Source: Methanothrix sp. (lineage in GTDB: Archaea > Halobacteriota > Methanosarcinia > Methanotrichales > Methanotrichaceae). From it: DNA of 64,000 nt. Positions 29,819 to 40,611 of the stretch are shown here, piece by piece (position 1 is the first letter of the stretch; each line of letters starts with the position of its first letter). The notes below the pieces were generated by a model that made no database searches, was not told where the DNA came from, and saw nothing but the letters and a program-made list of their open reading frames with translations. The translations under genes and the position numbers were made by a program. The DNA is taken from NCBI GenBank assembly GCA_963682135.1, contig OY821645.1, positions 2,368,001 to 2,432,000 on the forward strand, given 5' to 3'.

Positions 29819-31300
29819 TCAGGCCAAAAGGACATTCATGTTCTTCTCATTCACCGTTCCCTGATGTCCCGCTTTAACAATCTCGGCCAGGGAGAGCCGC
29901 AGCCAATCGCCAAAAGAGCCGGAAGATGTGTTATCCGGGTCCATGGAATCGAGATCATCGTAGCCTTTCTGCCGGGCGGCAGGCATGAGGATATTTTTGG
30001 CGGCCCAATAGTCCAGGGCCACGGGATCGATGCTGGCGGCAATTATGCCGGCTTGATCGGCTTCTTCATATGAGGTTCTGGGCCCTCCTCCGGGATGGGC
30101 ATTGATCCAGATGGCATCCAGGATGTTCAGGTCGGGAAATCGTGTCTGGGTCATCTCTGTTCCCATGCCACCGAAGGCGACTGAATTATGAGACCTGCCG
30201 CCCGCCTGCCGGCTGAGCCGATCGGAGCCCACGCCCATGTAGTGCTTGATGCAGGCCGTTACGCCATAGATGGAGTGTGTCTTGAGAACGGGAACATTCA
30301 GCACCTTGAGATGCCTGCTGTTATAGCTGCCGTTGACGGCATCCCAGACGCCCTCCTTAAAGCTGATGTAAGTGCCGTATTTGGTCTGAAACTTAGGGTA
30401 AGTGACGCAGATTTTCGTCTGTGCATCAGGCGGACCGGATAGAACGTAACCGTCTGCCATATCGCCATCCACATATTCGCCTACCTTGTTGCCGGTTATC
30501 CTATCCCAGAGATAGGTCGATACCTTTTGATCCGGGAAGGAGTCGGCCACCACCTGCATAGATTGGGTTATATTTTCAGCGTTGTTTCGAGCATAACTCA
30601 GGTTGCCTCCACTGCCCGTCGAGCCGTACTGGCCCTGGCCGTTGTCGGCGATGATCACCTCGCCGTCAAAGCCTTGAGGATGATTCACGATTGCCTGGAC
30701 GAGAGCCTTGACGAGATCGGAATTGGTGCCGCCTCTCTCATCCCACTGGCTGTTGACCTTGATTATTACTACATCATCCTTCTCGATGATGCCAAGAGAG
30801 GCGTTTTGGGCGTAGAAGGGCAGGCCGTGACTATTCATCAGTTCTATCAATCTCGTCACAGAATCATCATTTCCATCGGTTCCGGCTATCGCAAATATAT
30901 CGGAAGGCTCCGGGAATTGCGAACGCATCTGGGAGAGATTGATCATAATAGTATCACCTCTGCTGGCAGCATCTGTATCATCCCCCGCCGTCCTGGCCAA
31001 GCCCATCATATTGAATGAACCATAGAGGACGAATGAAGATACGAAGAGGAGCAGCAGAAATCCGGCCAAAGTCATTGCCCTTTTCGCGACCCATCTTTCC
31101 GGTGATCGAACTGCCAGGATGAAAGGCAGAATGTAAGCTGCAATCCACAGGCTCCCGCTGGCAGCCGAGGCTTGCTGGCAGGGGTAACTCATGCGAGTGG
31201 GCTTGCTGCCTGTCCGGAAGATAAACCAGAGAATGCTGGCCAGGCCAAAGAGAAAGAAGCTGTGTCGGGCTTTGTGAATCAATTTCTTAATGGAATTCAT
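29819..31300 (-). CDS. DUF362 domain protein with membrane N-terminus
   Basis: VIIKVN, NVPVLKTH, ACIKHYMG, DPVALD. Confidence 0.8.
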   Translation of the reverse strand: MNSIKKLIHKARHSFFLFGLASILWFIFRTGSKPTRMSYPCQQASAASGSLWIAAYILPFILAVRSPERWVAKRAMTLAGFLLLLFVSSFVLYGSFNMMGLARTAGDDTDAASRGDTIMINLSQMRSQFPEPSDIFAIAGTDGNDDSVTRLIELMNSHGLPFYAQNASLGIIEKDDVVIIKVNSQWDERGGTNSDLVKALVQAIVNHPQGFDGEVIIADNGQGQYGSTGSGGNLSYARNNAENITQSMQVVADSFPDQKVSTYLWDRITGNKVGEYVDGDMADGYVLSGPPDAQTKICVTYPKFQTKYGTYISFKEGVWDAVNGSYNSRHLKVLNVPVLKTHSIYGVTACIKHYMGVGSDRLSRQAGGRSHNSVAFGGMGTEMTQTRFPDLNILDAIWINAHPGGGPRTSYEEADQAGIIAASIDPVALDYWAAKNILMPAARQKGYDDLDSMDPDNTSSGSFGDWLRLSLAEIVKAGHQGTVNEKNMNVLLA

Positions 31301-31401
31301 AGGGGATCAAGAATGCTATTATGGCATCATTCATTAATATCCCTTTGCAATTCTCGGAGGCGAATGAAATCCCTGTACTTCTGAGCGGGTCTGAGCGGGG
31401 G

Positions 31402-31845
31402 TTAATCGCCTTTAACCAAGAGCACAGGAATTGAGGACTGCAAGACCACTTTCCCGGCAACGCTTCCCAAGAGGATCTTTTCCATGCCTGTGCGGCCCAA
31501 GCTTCCCATGATGATCAGGTCAATTCCCTGCTCGCGTGAGATCTTGAGAAGCTCCTCACTGGGGCTGCCCTGGGTCAGGATCTTCCGGCAGGGAACTTTC
31601 ATAATAAAAGCCTGATCTTCGACGAACTGCGTTGCCTGCTGTCCTTCTTCTTGCATGAGCTGTAGAATCTTCTCTTTTAGTCCCGGCAAGGTCGCAAACC
31701 CCGGCAGGTGGGCCAGGCGCAGTGTTTCCATGACATAAACGGCAGTGATGCTGCCATTTGCACGGTGGGCGATGTCTATGCCAATCATTGCAGCCTTCTT
31801 GCTGGTATCCGATCCATCGGTGGCGATCATGATTTTTTTGATCAT
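31402..31845 (-). CDS. Universal stress protein
   Basis: IMIATDGS, MGSLGRTG..LLGSVA. Confidence 0.92.
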   Translation of the reverse strand: MIKKIMIATDGSDTSKKAAMIGIDIAHRANGSITAVYVMETLRLAHLPGFATLPGLKEKILQLMQEEGQQATQFVEDQAFIMKVPCRKILTQGSPSEELLKISREQGIDLIIMGSLGRTGMEKILLGSVAGKVVLQSSIPVLLVKGD

Positions 31846-31955
31846 AATATCCCGAATTTCATTGAATTGCCTGATTCTCTTGCTAAGTCAAAATCCAAAA
31901 AGACTGGCAATAAATGGAAAAGCCGGATTTGGCAATCCGACTTGTATTGCACATC

Positions 31956-32363
31956 TTATGCAACGATCTTGCTCTTGACGATGTACTTGACCAGCTCAGG
32001 GCCGATCCTGGCCTTCTTCTGAATCTGATTGGCTACATCGTCCATGCTGGCACCGCTGGCAGCCAGGGAGCGGATCTCTTCCAAAGTGGCATCTTCCACG
32101 GTGAAGTATTCATCGAGATCCTTTCTGTGGCCCCAGACATCTCCTTCCAGAAGCTCAATGCCCTGCATATCCAGGAATACCTGGATGGCATTGGACATGG
32201 TCTTGCGGTAGGAGGGTGGTACCTGAATCATTCTCAGCCTGGGGCATCTCTGCATCAGATTGAGGAAGTCTACATTGCTGGCGCGAAAAGCAAGGTGAAC
32301 CGTCTTTTCATTAGGGTTGAGATTTGGAATCTCATTTCTAGCGCTGACAACTCTAAGTCTCAT
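31956..32363 (-). CDS. DUF1699 family protein
   Basis: LLEGDVWGHRKD motif. Confidence 0.8.
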   Translation of the reverse strand: MRLRVVSARNEIPNLNPNEKTVHLAFRASNVDFLNLMQRCPRLRMIQVPPSYRKTMSNAIQVFLDMQGIELLEGDVWGHRKDLDEYFTVEDATLEEIRSLAASGASMDDVANQIQKKARIGPELVKYIVKSKIVA

Positions 32364-32784
32364 AGATTCTCCAGTTTAGCAAATAGTGTATCATAGTATT
32401 AATAGACGCTTCAGCTGGACACATACGTACAGAACGGTATCAACAACACATATACAAGTCAATAAAACAAATCTCAAAACGCTGCTAAATCGATTTATTT
32501 AAGTCCTCCTATCTTGAAGAAGACTATTGGCAATAATGAATAATTCACAGATACGAAAAAAGAGCAAGCATTTTAGAATTCGCCATTAATTGCTCCGGCA
32601 ATGATTCTTACAGACTCCTGCTAGATCCATATTCTGATGATCATGTAGCAAGAATAGGAAAGCTTATGCCTAATCCTTCTGCTTGCCATTAGCCTTATAT
32701 AACTTATCCGTGGTTCTGGTCCAGAATTGAAAAGCAAAGGCGATGGGGTTATAAAGAAGAGGGACCGTATAGGAGAAGATCTTC

Positions 32785-34491
32785 ATGGGCAGGGTTAAGC
32801 TTACAGACACGGTTTTTAGGGATGCTCACCAGTCTCTTCTGGCCACCAGGATGAGGACCAGGGATATGCTACCCATAGCAGAGAAGATGGACCAGGTTGG
32901 ATTCTTCTCATTGGAAACATGGGGCGGAGCGACGTTCGATACCTGTATTCGGTACCTGAACGAAGATCCCTGGGAAAGGCTAAGGGCATTAAAGAAGGCC
33001 ATGCCGAATACTCCGATGCAGATGCTGCTTCGCGGGCAGAACCTGGTCGGATACAGGCATTATGCTGACGATGTAGTGGATAAGTTTGTGGAGAAGGCAG
33101 CCAATAATGGTGTCGATATTTTCAGGATATTCGATGCCGTTAACGACATTCGCAACATGGAGCGGTCGATCACAGCTGCGAAAAAAATGGAGAAGCATGT
33201 TCAGGGTGGCATTAGCTACACCATCAGTCCCGTACATAGTATAGAGGTCTTCGTGCAGTTTGCCGTAAAGCTGGCGGAGCTCGGATGCGACTCGATCTGC
33301 ATCAAGGATATGGCAGGACTGATAACCCCTCAAAATGCCTATGACCTCATCCGGGCTTTGAAAAAGGAGGTTAACCTGCCGGTGAATCTCCATACGCACT
33401 GCACCAGCGGTATGGCTCAGATGAGCTACTTCCATGCCTGTCAGGCAGGAGTCGACATCCTGGATACGGCCATATCGCCGCTCTCCGGCGGCAGCTCGCA
33501 GCCCGCCACAGAGAGCCTGGTGGCATCACTGCAGGGAACGTCCTACGACACTGGCCTGGATCTGGAGCTGCTTACCGAGATCAAGAGGTACTTCGAGAAG
33601 ATTGTGGAAATTTATGCGCCCGTATTTAACCCTATAACGGCACGCGTGGATACCAATGTCCTCATCTATCAGGTTCCTGGCGGCATGCTTTCCAATCTGG
33701 TATCCCAGCTCATCGAGCAAAAGGCAATGGACAAGTGGGAGGATGTGCTGGCCGAGATACCTAAGGTTCGAAAGGACCTGGGATATCCTCCCCTGGTCAC
33801 CCCCACCAGCCAGATAGTAGGCACGCAAGCAGTTCTTAATGTAATTACTGGCGACCGATACAAGATGGTCCCCAAAGAGGTCAAAGACTATGTCAAGGGC
33901 CTCTATGGAAAGTCGCCGGCGATGATCGACCCCCAGGTCAGGCTGAAGGTGCTCTGCGATGAGGAGCCCATTACAGTGCGCCCCGCAGATCTGCTGCAGC
34001 CGGAATATGAAAACGCCAGGAAAGCAGTCGATGCTTTGAAATTGGCCAAACAGGAAGAGGATTATCTTACTTATGCTCTCTATCCACAGGTGGCCATTAA
34101 GTTCCTGCAGGGAGCAGCTGTAGAAGAGCAACTTGTCAAAAAGATGCCAGCGGCAGCAGCGTCAGCTCCTCTGAAGGCAGAACCTATGGCACTCAATGTA
34201 GAGATTGACGGCGAGTCCTATCTGGTCAAGGTTGCCCCTGCCGGCATGACTATCGCAGAGGCTGTGCCCAAAGCTCCCAAGGATGGATTAACCGTGCCCA
34301 TGCAAGGCGTTATCATTCGCTATAAGGTTAAAAAGGGCGAAAAGGTGGCCGAAGGAGATGCAGTGGTCGTCATAGAGGCTATGAAGATGGAGCAAAACAT
34401 CCTGGCCAATAAGAATGGAACTGTAAAAGAGATCTATATCAATGAAGGGACCACAGTCAATCCCGGCGACGTACTGATGTCCATAGAATAG
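32785..34491 (+). CDS. pycB: Pyruvate carboxylase subunit B (carboxyltransferase plus biotin carrier)
   Basis: RDAHQSLLATR, IKDMAG, PLVTPTSQIVG, EAMKM. Confidence 0.9.
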   Translation: MGRVKLTDTVFRDAHQSLLATRMRTRDMLPIAEKMDQVGFFSLETWGGATFDTCIRYLNEDPWERLRALKKAMPNTPMQMLLRGQNLVGYRHYADDVVDKFVEKAANNGVDIFRIFDAVNDIRNMERSITAAKKMEKHVQGGISYTISPVHSIEVFVQFAVKLAELGCDSICIKDMAGLITPQNAYDLIRALKKEVNLPVNLHTHCTSGMAQMSYFHACQAGVDILDTAISPLSGGSSQPATESLVASLQGTSYDTGLDLELLTEIKRYFEKIVEIYAPVFNPITARVDTNVLIYQVPGGMLSNLVSQLIEQKAMDKWEDVLAEIPKVRKDLGYPPLVTPTSQIVGTQAVLNVITGDRYKMVPKEVKDYVKGLYGKSPAMIDPQVRLKVLCDEEPITVRPADLLQPEYENARKAVDALKLAKQEEDYLTYALYPQVAIKFLQGAAVEEQLVKKMPAAAASAPLKAEPMALNVEIDGESYLVKVAPAGMTIAEAVPKAPKDGLTVPMQGVIIRYKVKKGEKVAEGDAVVVIEAMKMEQNILANKNGTVKEIYINEGTTVNPGDVLMSIE

Positions 34492-34504
34492 AGGTGTATG
34501 ATAA

Positions 34505-35380
34505 GTGACCGTTAAGAGAGAACAGGTGCTCATTGAGGCTTTGCCTTACATTCGTGAGTTCTATGACAGCATCATGGTCTTCAAGATAGGGGGATCTATC
34601 ATGTCCGATCGCACCGTCCTGGAGGATTTCATACAGGACGTGGTGCTTTTGCGCTATATCGGCATTCATCCCATCATTGTGCACGGCGGCGGACCAGAGA
34701 TCTCCCAGGCCATGGAGAAATTCGGCAAGAAGGCCGAGTTCGTGGGAGGCCTGCGTGTCACCGATAAAGAGACACTGGGCATCGCACGCATGGTATTGCT
34801 GGGCAATATCAACGCGGAGCTTGTTAATCTCATCGGCAAGCATGGTGGCAAGGGCATTGGACTTTCCGGCCAGGACGGCATGTTCCTTAAGGCCAGGAAG
34901 AAGGCACTGCTCAAGGTGGAGGGCATGGAGCCTGTGGACCTGGGATTCGTGGGCGATGTGGATAAGGTGGACCCGGAGATACTCATGATCATGGCCGGCA
35001 AGGGCTATATTCCTGTCATCTCTCCAATTGCGGCAGATGGCGAGGGCAATAACCTCAATGTTAATGCCGATACTGTGGCCGGAGCTGTGGCCGTGGCCAT
35101 GCGGGCCAAGAAGCTCTTCTCCATCACCGATGTGGAAGGCGTGCGCATGAATCCAAATGACCCGGCAAGCGTCATCTCTGAGTTTCCTGCTTCTGACTTC
35201 GACCGCTTGGTGGCGGAGGGCGTCATCAAGGGCGGCATGATCCCAAAGGTGGAAGCCTGCGTTGCAGTAGTGCGAAGCGGTGTGGAGAAAGCCCACATCA
35301 TAGACGGCAGAAAGCATCATGCCATACTGCTGGAGCTGCTCACCACGGAAGGCGTGGGCACCATGATCCGCAGAAGCTAA
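34505..35380 (+). CDS. argB: Acetylglutamate kinase
   Basis: KIGG, VHGGG, NVNAD, GGMIPK. Confidence 0.95.
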   Translation: MTVKREQVLIEALPYIREFYDSIMVFKIGGSIMSDRTVLEDFIQDVVLLRYIGIHPIIVHGGGPEISQAMEKFGKKAEFVGGLRVTDKETLGIARMVLLGNINAELVNLIGKHGGKGIGLSGQDGMFLKARKKALLKVEGMEPVDLGFVGDVDKVDPEILMIMAGKGYIPVISPIAADGEGNNLNVNADTVAGAVAVAMRAKKLFSITDVEGVRMNPNDPASVISEFPASDFDRLVAEGVIKGGMIPKVEACVAVVRSGVEKAHIIDGRKHHAILLELLTTEGVGTMIRRS

Positions 35381-35386
35381 AGGAGT

Positions 35387-35417
35387 TGAGGGCGGGGCCA
35401 AGCCAAACCGCCCTTAA
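35387..35417. terminator. Hairpin between convergent genes
   Basis: AGGGCGG...CCGCCCT inverted repeat. Confidence 0.45.
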
Positions 35418-35445
35418 AATCTCCCAAAAATGTTTAAAATCTTTC

Positions 35446-36336
35446 CTAAATATTGAACATGCCGGTGTCAACCCATTCGGCTTTCAGCAGTGACCACCAA
35501 TCGCTGGCCAGACCGTTTAGGACATAATCGTACGGCAACCAGCCATAGCCTTTGCTGCCCCAACCTATGCCCCAGCTATTCCTGATCAATAAGGCCCCTT
35601 TAGTGGATTTTTTATTATTGGCGTTGGTGATGACCTTCGCGTCATCGTATCCCACTGCATCTATGGCATGACCTCCCATCACTTTTTCGCCACTAGCTGG
35701 ATATGGTATCTCGCCGGATGCAGAAGCTTGACTGATTGAGCTGTAGACTGTGAATCCGAACATGGAAGGCAGTCCTGCAGAGAGGTTTTCCTTTATGGAC
35801 GTCAATAGTTTCGCTTTAGCAGTTCCTGGTGGGTCGTATCGGTAGTACTGGAGCGCCTTATAGTTCTTCGCGAATGAATACAAAAATGCGTTAGGTTCCT
35901 CATCGAACTTGCCGATTATGTATTGATAGTATTTTTCAGGTGGAACTCCGAAGAGAAGCATGGCTTCCGCAGTAGTCCTGAGGTACGCGCCGGTATCGCC
36001 GGTGACGCCCATGAGATTTCTGGTGGTCTTGTAAAGGAATAGACGGGAAGCGTCGAGATATGAATTAGCGGTTTTCTTCTCAAAGTACTCGAATATGCCC
36101 ACACCCGCGTTTGCTGTACATGAACCTAGCTGGCCCTGGTCTTCAATTGGAGGGCACCAGGCCCTCAAGTCTGCTGAAGCAGGCGTCGCTTTAGGGAAAG
36201 CGATCTTGCCGAGCAAGTCCTTAATTGCGGGTGTATTAATGGTGTAGTCTCTGATATCTGGCAGTTCGCGCAGCCATCCCATTCCTATAAATCCTTCTTT
36301 CTCCAGCCCCAGCTCATCAGCTCTTAATAATAACAT
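35446..36336 (-). CDS. C1 (papain-like) cysteine peptidase
   Basis: QGQLGSCTA, GGHA.DAVGYDD, RNSWG; SD GGAGG before MLLLR. Confidence 0.9.
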   Translation of the reverse strand: MLLLRADELGLEKEGFIGMGWLRELPDIRDYTINTPAIKDLLGKIAFPKATPASADLRAWCPPIEDQGQLGSCTANAGVGIFEYFEKKTANSYLDASRLFLYKTTRNLMGVTGDTGAYLRTTAEAMLLFGVPPEKYYQYIIGKFDEEPNAFLYSFAKNYKALQYYRYDPPGTAKAKLLTSIKENLSAGLPSMFGFTVYSSISQASASGEIPYPASGEKVMGGHAIDAVGYDDAKVITNANNKKSTKGALLIRNSWGIGWGSKGYGWLPYDYVLNGLASDWWSLLKAEWVDTGMFNI

Positions 36337-36438
36337 ATTGCTTCCTCCAATAATGACGCCAAAAAAAGTGCGGCGTTTCAAATTTTTTGGACACTAATCT
36401 AAGCGGAATCTATTTAAGTTTTTTGTATGTCCCTCAAA

Positions 36439-37704
36439 TCATTTCACCTTGATTGTCATCTCTGCAATATTGCTCATTACGTTAGATGCATTATCTTCTG
36501 CCTTGACTATGGCAATATATTCACCCATGCCTGCATTCGATCGCAATAATTTGAGATCGTAATGGGAAGATGGCATGCCTGAGAGCACTATCGGCCCGAT
36601 TATCTCCGATGCCTGTTCATCTTGTCTGACGGGTACCTTCGTATTGACAAAACCGATCTTGCTCTTATCTTTGATTATGGTAATATTATTCTTCGCGAAC
36701 TTTTCGTAATCTGTTCCTGGCACTGTGATATTCAGGATATCCTGCGAGATGTAATGAGTGAACCCATACGAATCCATTAATGCATTAAGCTGCCCATCCT
36801 CTCCGAAATAAGCCTGCGCACTGAAGTTCACTTTTTCATTCAGCTCAATGATGCAGGGGGCAGAGTAGGCGAGCAGACTGCTCAAATTCGCCATAACTCC
36901 CAGGTTATTGATTGCATATATCGCGCCCTTATCCTGGCCGTCTGCCGAAATTCTGAACCTGGCCCCTGGCCAGGTGAACTCCACCTCAGAGCTGCTGCCC
37001 GTCATTTCCTTCGTCTGTGCCCAGACGATCTCTCTGGTCTTATTGTCTACAATGTATTCTGTGGCGATCTTAAGATTGCCATCCGGGTCTGTGGCCACTG
37101 CCTTTATCTTCGAAGGGCTCTTTTCGCTCGCCGTATCAGATATAACTGAAATGGTAAGCTTGGGCTCTGGAGAGTGTCCGATAGCCTGAATCATCCAATT
37201 GGTCTGGTTCTGGGTGCTATTTTGCATACTCCAATTCGATATTCTGTTGGGATTTCTGGAGACCAGAACGGATCTGCCTGATGAAGGGGACTTGTCAACT
37301 CCCTGCCACACCCCGGCAAACTCGAAGAAGGCGATGAGAAAATTGCCGGATACCTTGACATCGGGCAGGTCAACTATTGACCAGGTCAGGTTATCACCGA
37401 AATATGAACTGGCTTTATCGGTAATCCTATACAGAAGAGATAGGTTTTGATCCCAAACCTCAATCACAAATATCTCGGATGGTGACGGCACAACCTGCTT
37501 TCCTAAAATGGCCACCTGGGATAGACTCCAATTATCGGCAGGAGCCGTGAAGACCACGCCGTGGCCCCTCTGTCCATCGATCCAGGCCGCATCTTCTACA
37601 CTGCCGTCATCATAAGTCAGGCTGACCATACTCGCGCTGACACAATCGAGGGTTAGTAATATGGCAATTGCCACCATTATGCAAGTCTTGCTCATTGATT
37701 TCAT
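36439..37704 (-). CDS. Secreted hypothetical protein
   Basis: Signal peptide; L.YDDG motif; long ORF. Confidence 0.75.
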   Translation of the reverse strand: MKSMSKTCIMVAIAILLTLDCVSASMVSLTYDDGSVEDAAWIDGQRGHGVVFTAPADNWSLSQVAILGKQVVPSPSEIFVIEVWDQNLSLLYRITDKASSYFGDNLTWSIVDLPDVKVSGNFLIAFFEFAGVWQGVDKSPSSGRSVLVSRNPNRISNWSMQNSTQNQTNWMIQAIGHSPEPKLTISVISDTASEKSPSKIKAVATDPDGNLKIATEYIVDNKTREIVWAQTKEMTGSSSEVEFTWPGARFRISADGQDKGAIYAINNLGVMANLSSLLAYSAPCIIELNEKVNFSAQAYFGEDGQLNALMDSYGFTHYISQDILNITVPGTDYEKFAKNNITIIKDKSKIGFVNTKVPVRQDEQASEIIGPIVLSGMPSSHYDLKLLRSNAGMGEYIAIVKAEDNASNVMSNIAEMTIKVK

Positions 37705-39056
37705 CTTCTCCCTGGTTTCACCAACAGTCTGGCACCTTCCTTGCCGGTGATCACAACATTCTCGCCTTTCTCTACCGTATCTTCCGCTTCTGCCTGCCAG
37801 TACTCTCCCTGGAAGAGCACGTAGCCCTCCCGGTCCAGCCTGTCAATGGCCACTGCTTCCTCTCCAACAATATGACCTAACAATGGCGGAGCAAACCGGG
37901 CTCGTGCTACCTTGTAAATGGCAAAGGCCAGGAATGCGCCTAAAATGAGCGAGGGCAGGATGATGGCCAGGGCCATAGACTTCTGGTAGCTTCCCGGCAC
38001 ATACCACTGGGGAAAGCTGGTGGGGATAAGAAGGATGCTGCCCACTATCACGCATATCAGCCCGGCTGCCGCCAGCATCCCAAAGGAATGGCTGTGCAGC
38101 TCTGCCAAGATCAGACCCAGGCCAAGCAGCAACAGAAAAACAGCACCTATATTCACACTATAGCCCATTCCGATCAGCCCTAAAGCCAGGGCTGCCACGC
38201 CCAATGCCTCTGAGCCGATGCCGGGACTGGACAGGCCGAAAACAAGGGCATAAAGGCCCACCAGCATGAGCAGCCCGGCAAGCGTCGGATCGGAGAGTAG
38301 CCTTAAGAGCTGCAAGTTTATAGGCGGGGAAAAGTGCTGCACAGCGACGGCCGCGGTGAGCAGGGTGGTATTCTTGACATGACTGCCGTTGATCTGATTT
38401 GCCAGGGTCTCGGGAGAAGGCGCGATATATTCGATCACTCCATAATCCATGGCCTCATCAGCATTAAGATTGAGATTGGAGACGACAAACTCTTTGGCAG
38501 CGGTCGTGTTTCGTCCGTGAGCTCTCGCTTTCTCCTCGATCAGGGCCACAATGGCATTAGTGGTCTTGCTGTCGTTGATAGGCTCGGTTTCGCCCAACGC
38601 TGAGAGCCGTACCGGCTGGGCTGAGCCTATTATGGCATGCGGCGCCATTGCCGCCACATCGGAGCCTATCAGGATGAGCGTTCCTGCCGACCAAGCTGCA
38701 GCACCCGAGGGATAGACATAGGCTATCACGGGTATCTCGGTTTCTTCTATCTGCCTGAGTATTTCATAGGTCTCTGTCAGGCCGCCGCCCGGCGTGTCCA
38801 ATAGAAGCATCACTGCCTGAAAGCCGCCCGCCTCTGCCTCCTGCAAAGCAGCAGCAACGATATCATCGCTGGCCGGCGTGATAGGGCCCTGCAGCTCTAC
38901 AGCCAAAACCGGTCCGGGATCGGCAGAGGCAATGGGAAGTCCCGGTAACAGTAGCAAGAACGATATGAGTAAAATGGTGGCTACTCTCTGCGTCCTGGGA
39001 GGAGATAGCCGGCCCGTTCTCCTCACAAATTCCGAGCAGGACCGGATCTTCTCCAT
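37701..39056 (-). CDS. nfeD: NfeD membrane-bound serine protease
   Basis: LDTPGG, AWSAG, MAP..IGSAQP, C-terminal OB domain. Confidence 0.9.
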   Translation of the reverse strand: MEKIRSCSEFVRRTGRLSPPRTQRVATILLISFLLLLPGLPIASADPGPVLAVELQGPITPASDDIVAAALQEAEAGGFQAVMLLLDTPGGGLTETYEILRQIEETEIPVIAYVYPSGAAAWSAGTLILIGSDVAAMAPHAIIGSAQPVRLSALGETEPINDSKTTNAIVALIEEKARAHGRNTTAAKEFVVSNLNLNADEAMDYGVIEYIAPSPETLANQINGSHVKNTTLLTAAVAVQHFSPPINLQLLRLLSDPTLAGLLMLVGLYALVFGLSSPGIGSEALGVAALALGLIGMGYSVNIGAVFLLLLGLGLILAELHSHSFGMLAAAGLICVIVGSILLIPTSFPQWYVPGSYQKSMALAIILPSLILGAFLAFAIYKVARARFAPPLLGHIVGEEAVAIDRLDREGYVLFQGEYWQAEAEDTVEKGENVVITGKEGARLLVKPGRR

Positions 39057-39064
39057 CTACTTTT

Positions 39065-39922
39065 TCATCTCCTGGTTCTTGCGGTTTCGCTCTCTGCAAC
39101 TTTCAAGGCATCTTTCTTGGCCTCATCTTTTCGGGCTGTCTCTCTCTCGGAAAGCTCCCGGTTCAAGGCTGCTGTCAGGCCGGCCATAGAACCGGTCCCC
39201 GCGTCCCCACTGGGTGTGACCACAATGAGCGTCTTCTCCCTGGCGATATCGACCAATGTCTGCAGCTCCCTCAGCTTGAGGGCAGCAGGCACTTCTTCAT
39301 AAAGCCGGGCGGCATCGGTCATGGTCTTGGATGCCTGGAATTCGCCGTCTGCCAGGATTATGCGCGACCTCTTTTCTCTTTCCGATTCGGCCTGCTTGGC
39401 AATCGCTCTTCTCATAGACTCGGGCAGAGATACGTCTCTTAATGTGACTGCAGTAACTTTGATTCCCCAGGGATCAGTGTGCTGGTCCAAGATGGTCTGC
39501 AGTTTCTTGTTCAATTCGTCGCGCTTGGAGAGCAGATCGTCCAGTTCAATCTGTCCCAGGACGTCTCGCAAGGTAGTCTGTGCCAGCAAGGAGGTAGCAA
39601 GCTTGTAATTTTCCACCTGTATGATGGCCAGAGACGGATCCACAACCCGGTAGTAGATGACTGCGTCCACCTCCACGCTCACGTTGTCCTTGGTGATGAC
39701 CACTTGCTTGGCCACATCGATGGTAAAGACCCTCAGGTCAAGCAGCATGACGCGATCGATGATGGGGATAATGAAGAATATGCCAGGACCCTTCACTCCG
39801 GAAAAGCGCCCCAAACGAAATATAACCACTCGTTCATACTCACGAACGATCTTTATGGCCTGTGATAAGATAATAAACGCTACCAGAAGTGCTATTAGAG
39901 TAGATAAACCAATTTCTGCCAA
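39065..39922 (-). CDS. SPFH/stomatin family protein
   Basis: YERVVIFRLG, TKDNV, DPWGIKV. Confidence 0.92.
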   Translation of the reverse strand: MAEIGLSTLIALLVAFIILSQAIKIVREYERVVIFRLGRFSGVKGPGIFFIIPIIDRVMLLDLRVFTIDVAKQVVITKDNVSVEVDAVIYYRVVDPSLAIIQVENYKLATSLLAQTTLRDVLGQIELDDLLSKRDELNKKLQTILDQHTDPWGIKVTAVTLRDVSLPESMRRAIAKQAESEREKRSRIILADGEFQASKTMTDAARLYEEVPAALKLRELQTLVDIAREKTLIVVTPSGDAGTGSMAGLTAALNRELSERETARKDEAKKDALKVAESETARTRR

Positions 39923-40095
39923 ATTAACACCATAATATTAATTGTGCTCTTGTCTTAAATAAGTACCCTGCCGCAAAATCCTGCGGATGACCACTTATCA
40001 AAACCGCGGTATTGGCACTACCATGCAGGAAAGTATAGAGTCCCGAAACACTCGGGACTATACAAGACTAAGAAGAAATCTGTCGGGATTGTGCC

Positions 40096-40593
40096 CTAGC
40101 TTATCACCTTTGCGCTCTCTATCTTCACCTCTTTTACCGGCCGGTCATTGGCACCCTTCTTCACCTTGGCCATGGCATCCACCACATCCATGCCCTCGAT
40201 CACTTTCCCGAAGACCGGATGCTTGCTGTCCAGGAAGTTGTTGTCCACCAGGTTGATGAAGAACTGGCTGCCGCCCGTGTTGGGCCCGGCATTGGCCATG
40301 CTGATGGTGCCGCGATCGTTCCTGTTCTTGCGGCTCAGCTCATCCTTGATGGCATAGCCCGGTCCCCCACAGCCTGTGCCGGTAGGGTCTCCGCCCTGGA
40401 CCATGAAGCCGTCTATGATGCGGTGAAAGATGACTCCGTCATAAAATCCCTTCTCTGCCAGCTTCTGGAAGTTGCCCGATGTGATGGGCGTGTCCTTGTA
40501 AAGCTGGATTGTGATGTCACCCATACTGGTCATAAGCCGTACTTTGACACCGTCTGAATTTGATGCTCCTTCTGCCATATTTATCAATTCCAT
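40096..40593 (-). CDS. Cyclophilin-type PPIase (cytoplasmic)
   Basis: FHRII..FMVQGGD, MANAGPNTGGSQFFI. Confidence 0.95.
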   Translation of the reverse strand: MELINMAEGASNSDGVKVRLMTSMGDITIQLYKDTPITSGNFQKLAEKGFYDGVIFHRIIDGFMVQGGDPTGTGCGGPGYAIKDELSRKNRNDRGTISMANAGPNTGGSQFFINLVDNNFLDSKHPVFGKVIEGMDVVDAMAKVKKGANDRPVKEVKIESAKVIS

Positions 40594-40611
40594 TTGTTAA
40601 TATCAAGATGA

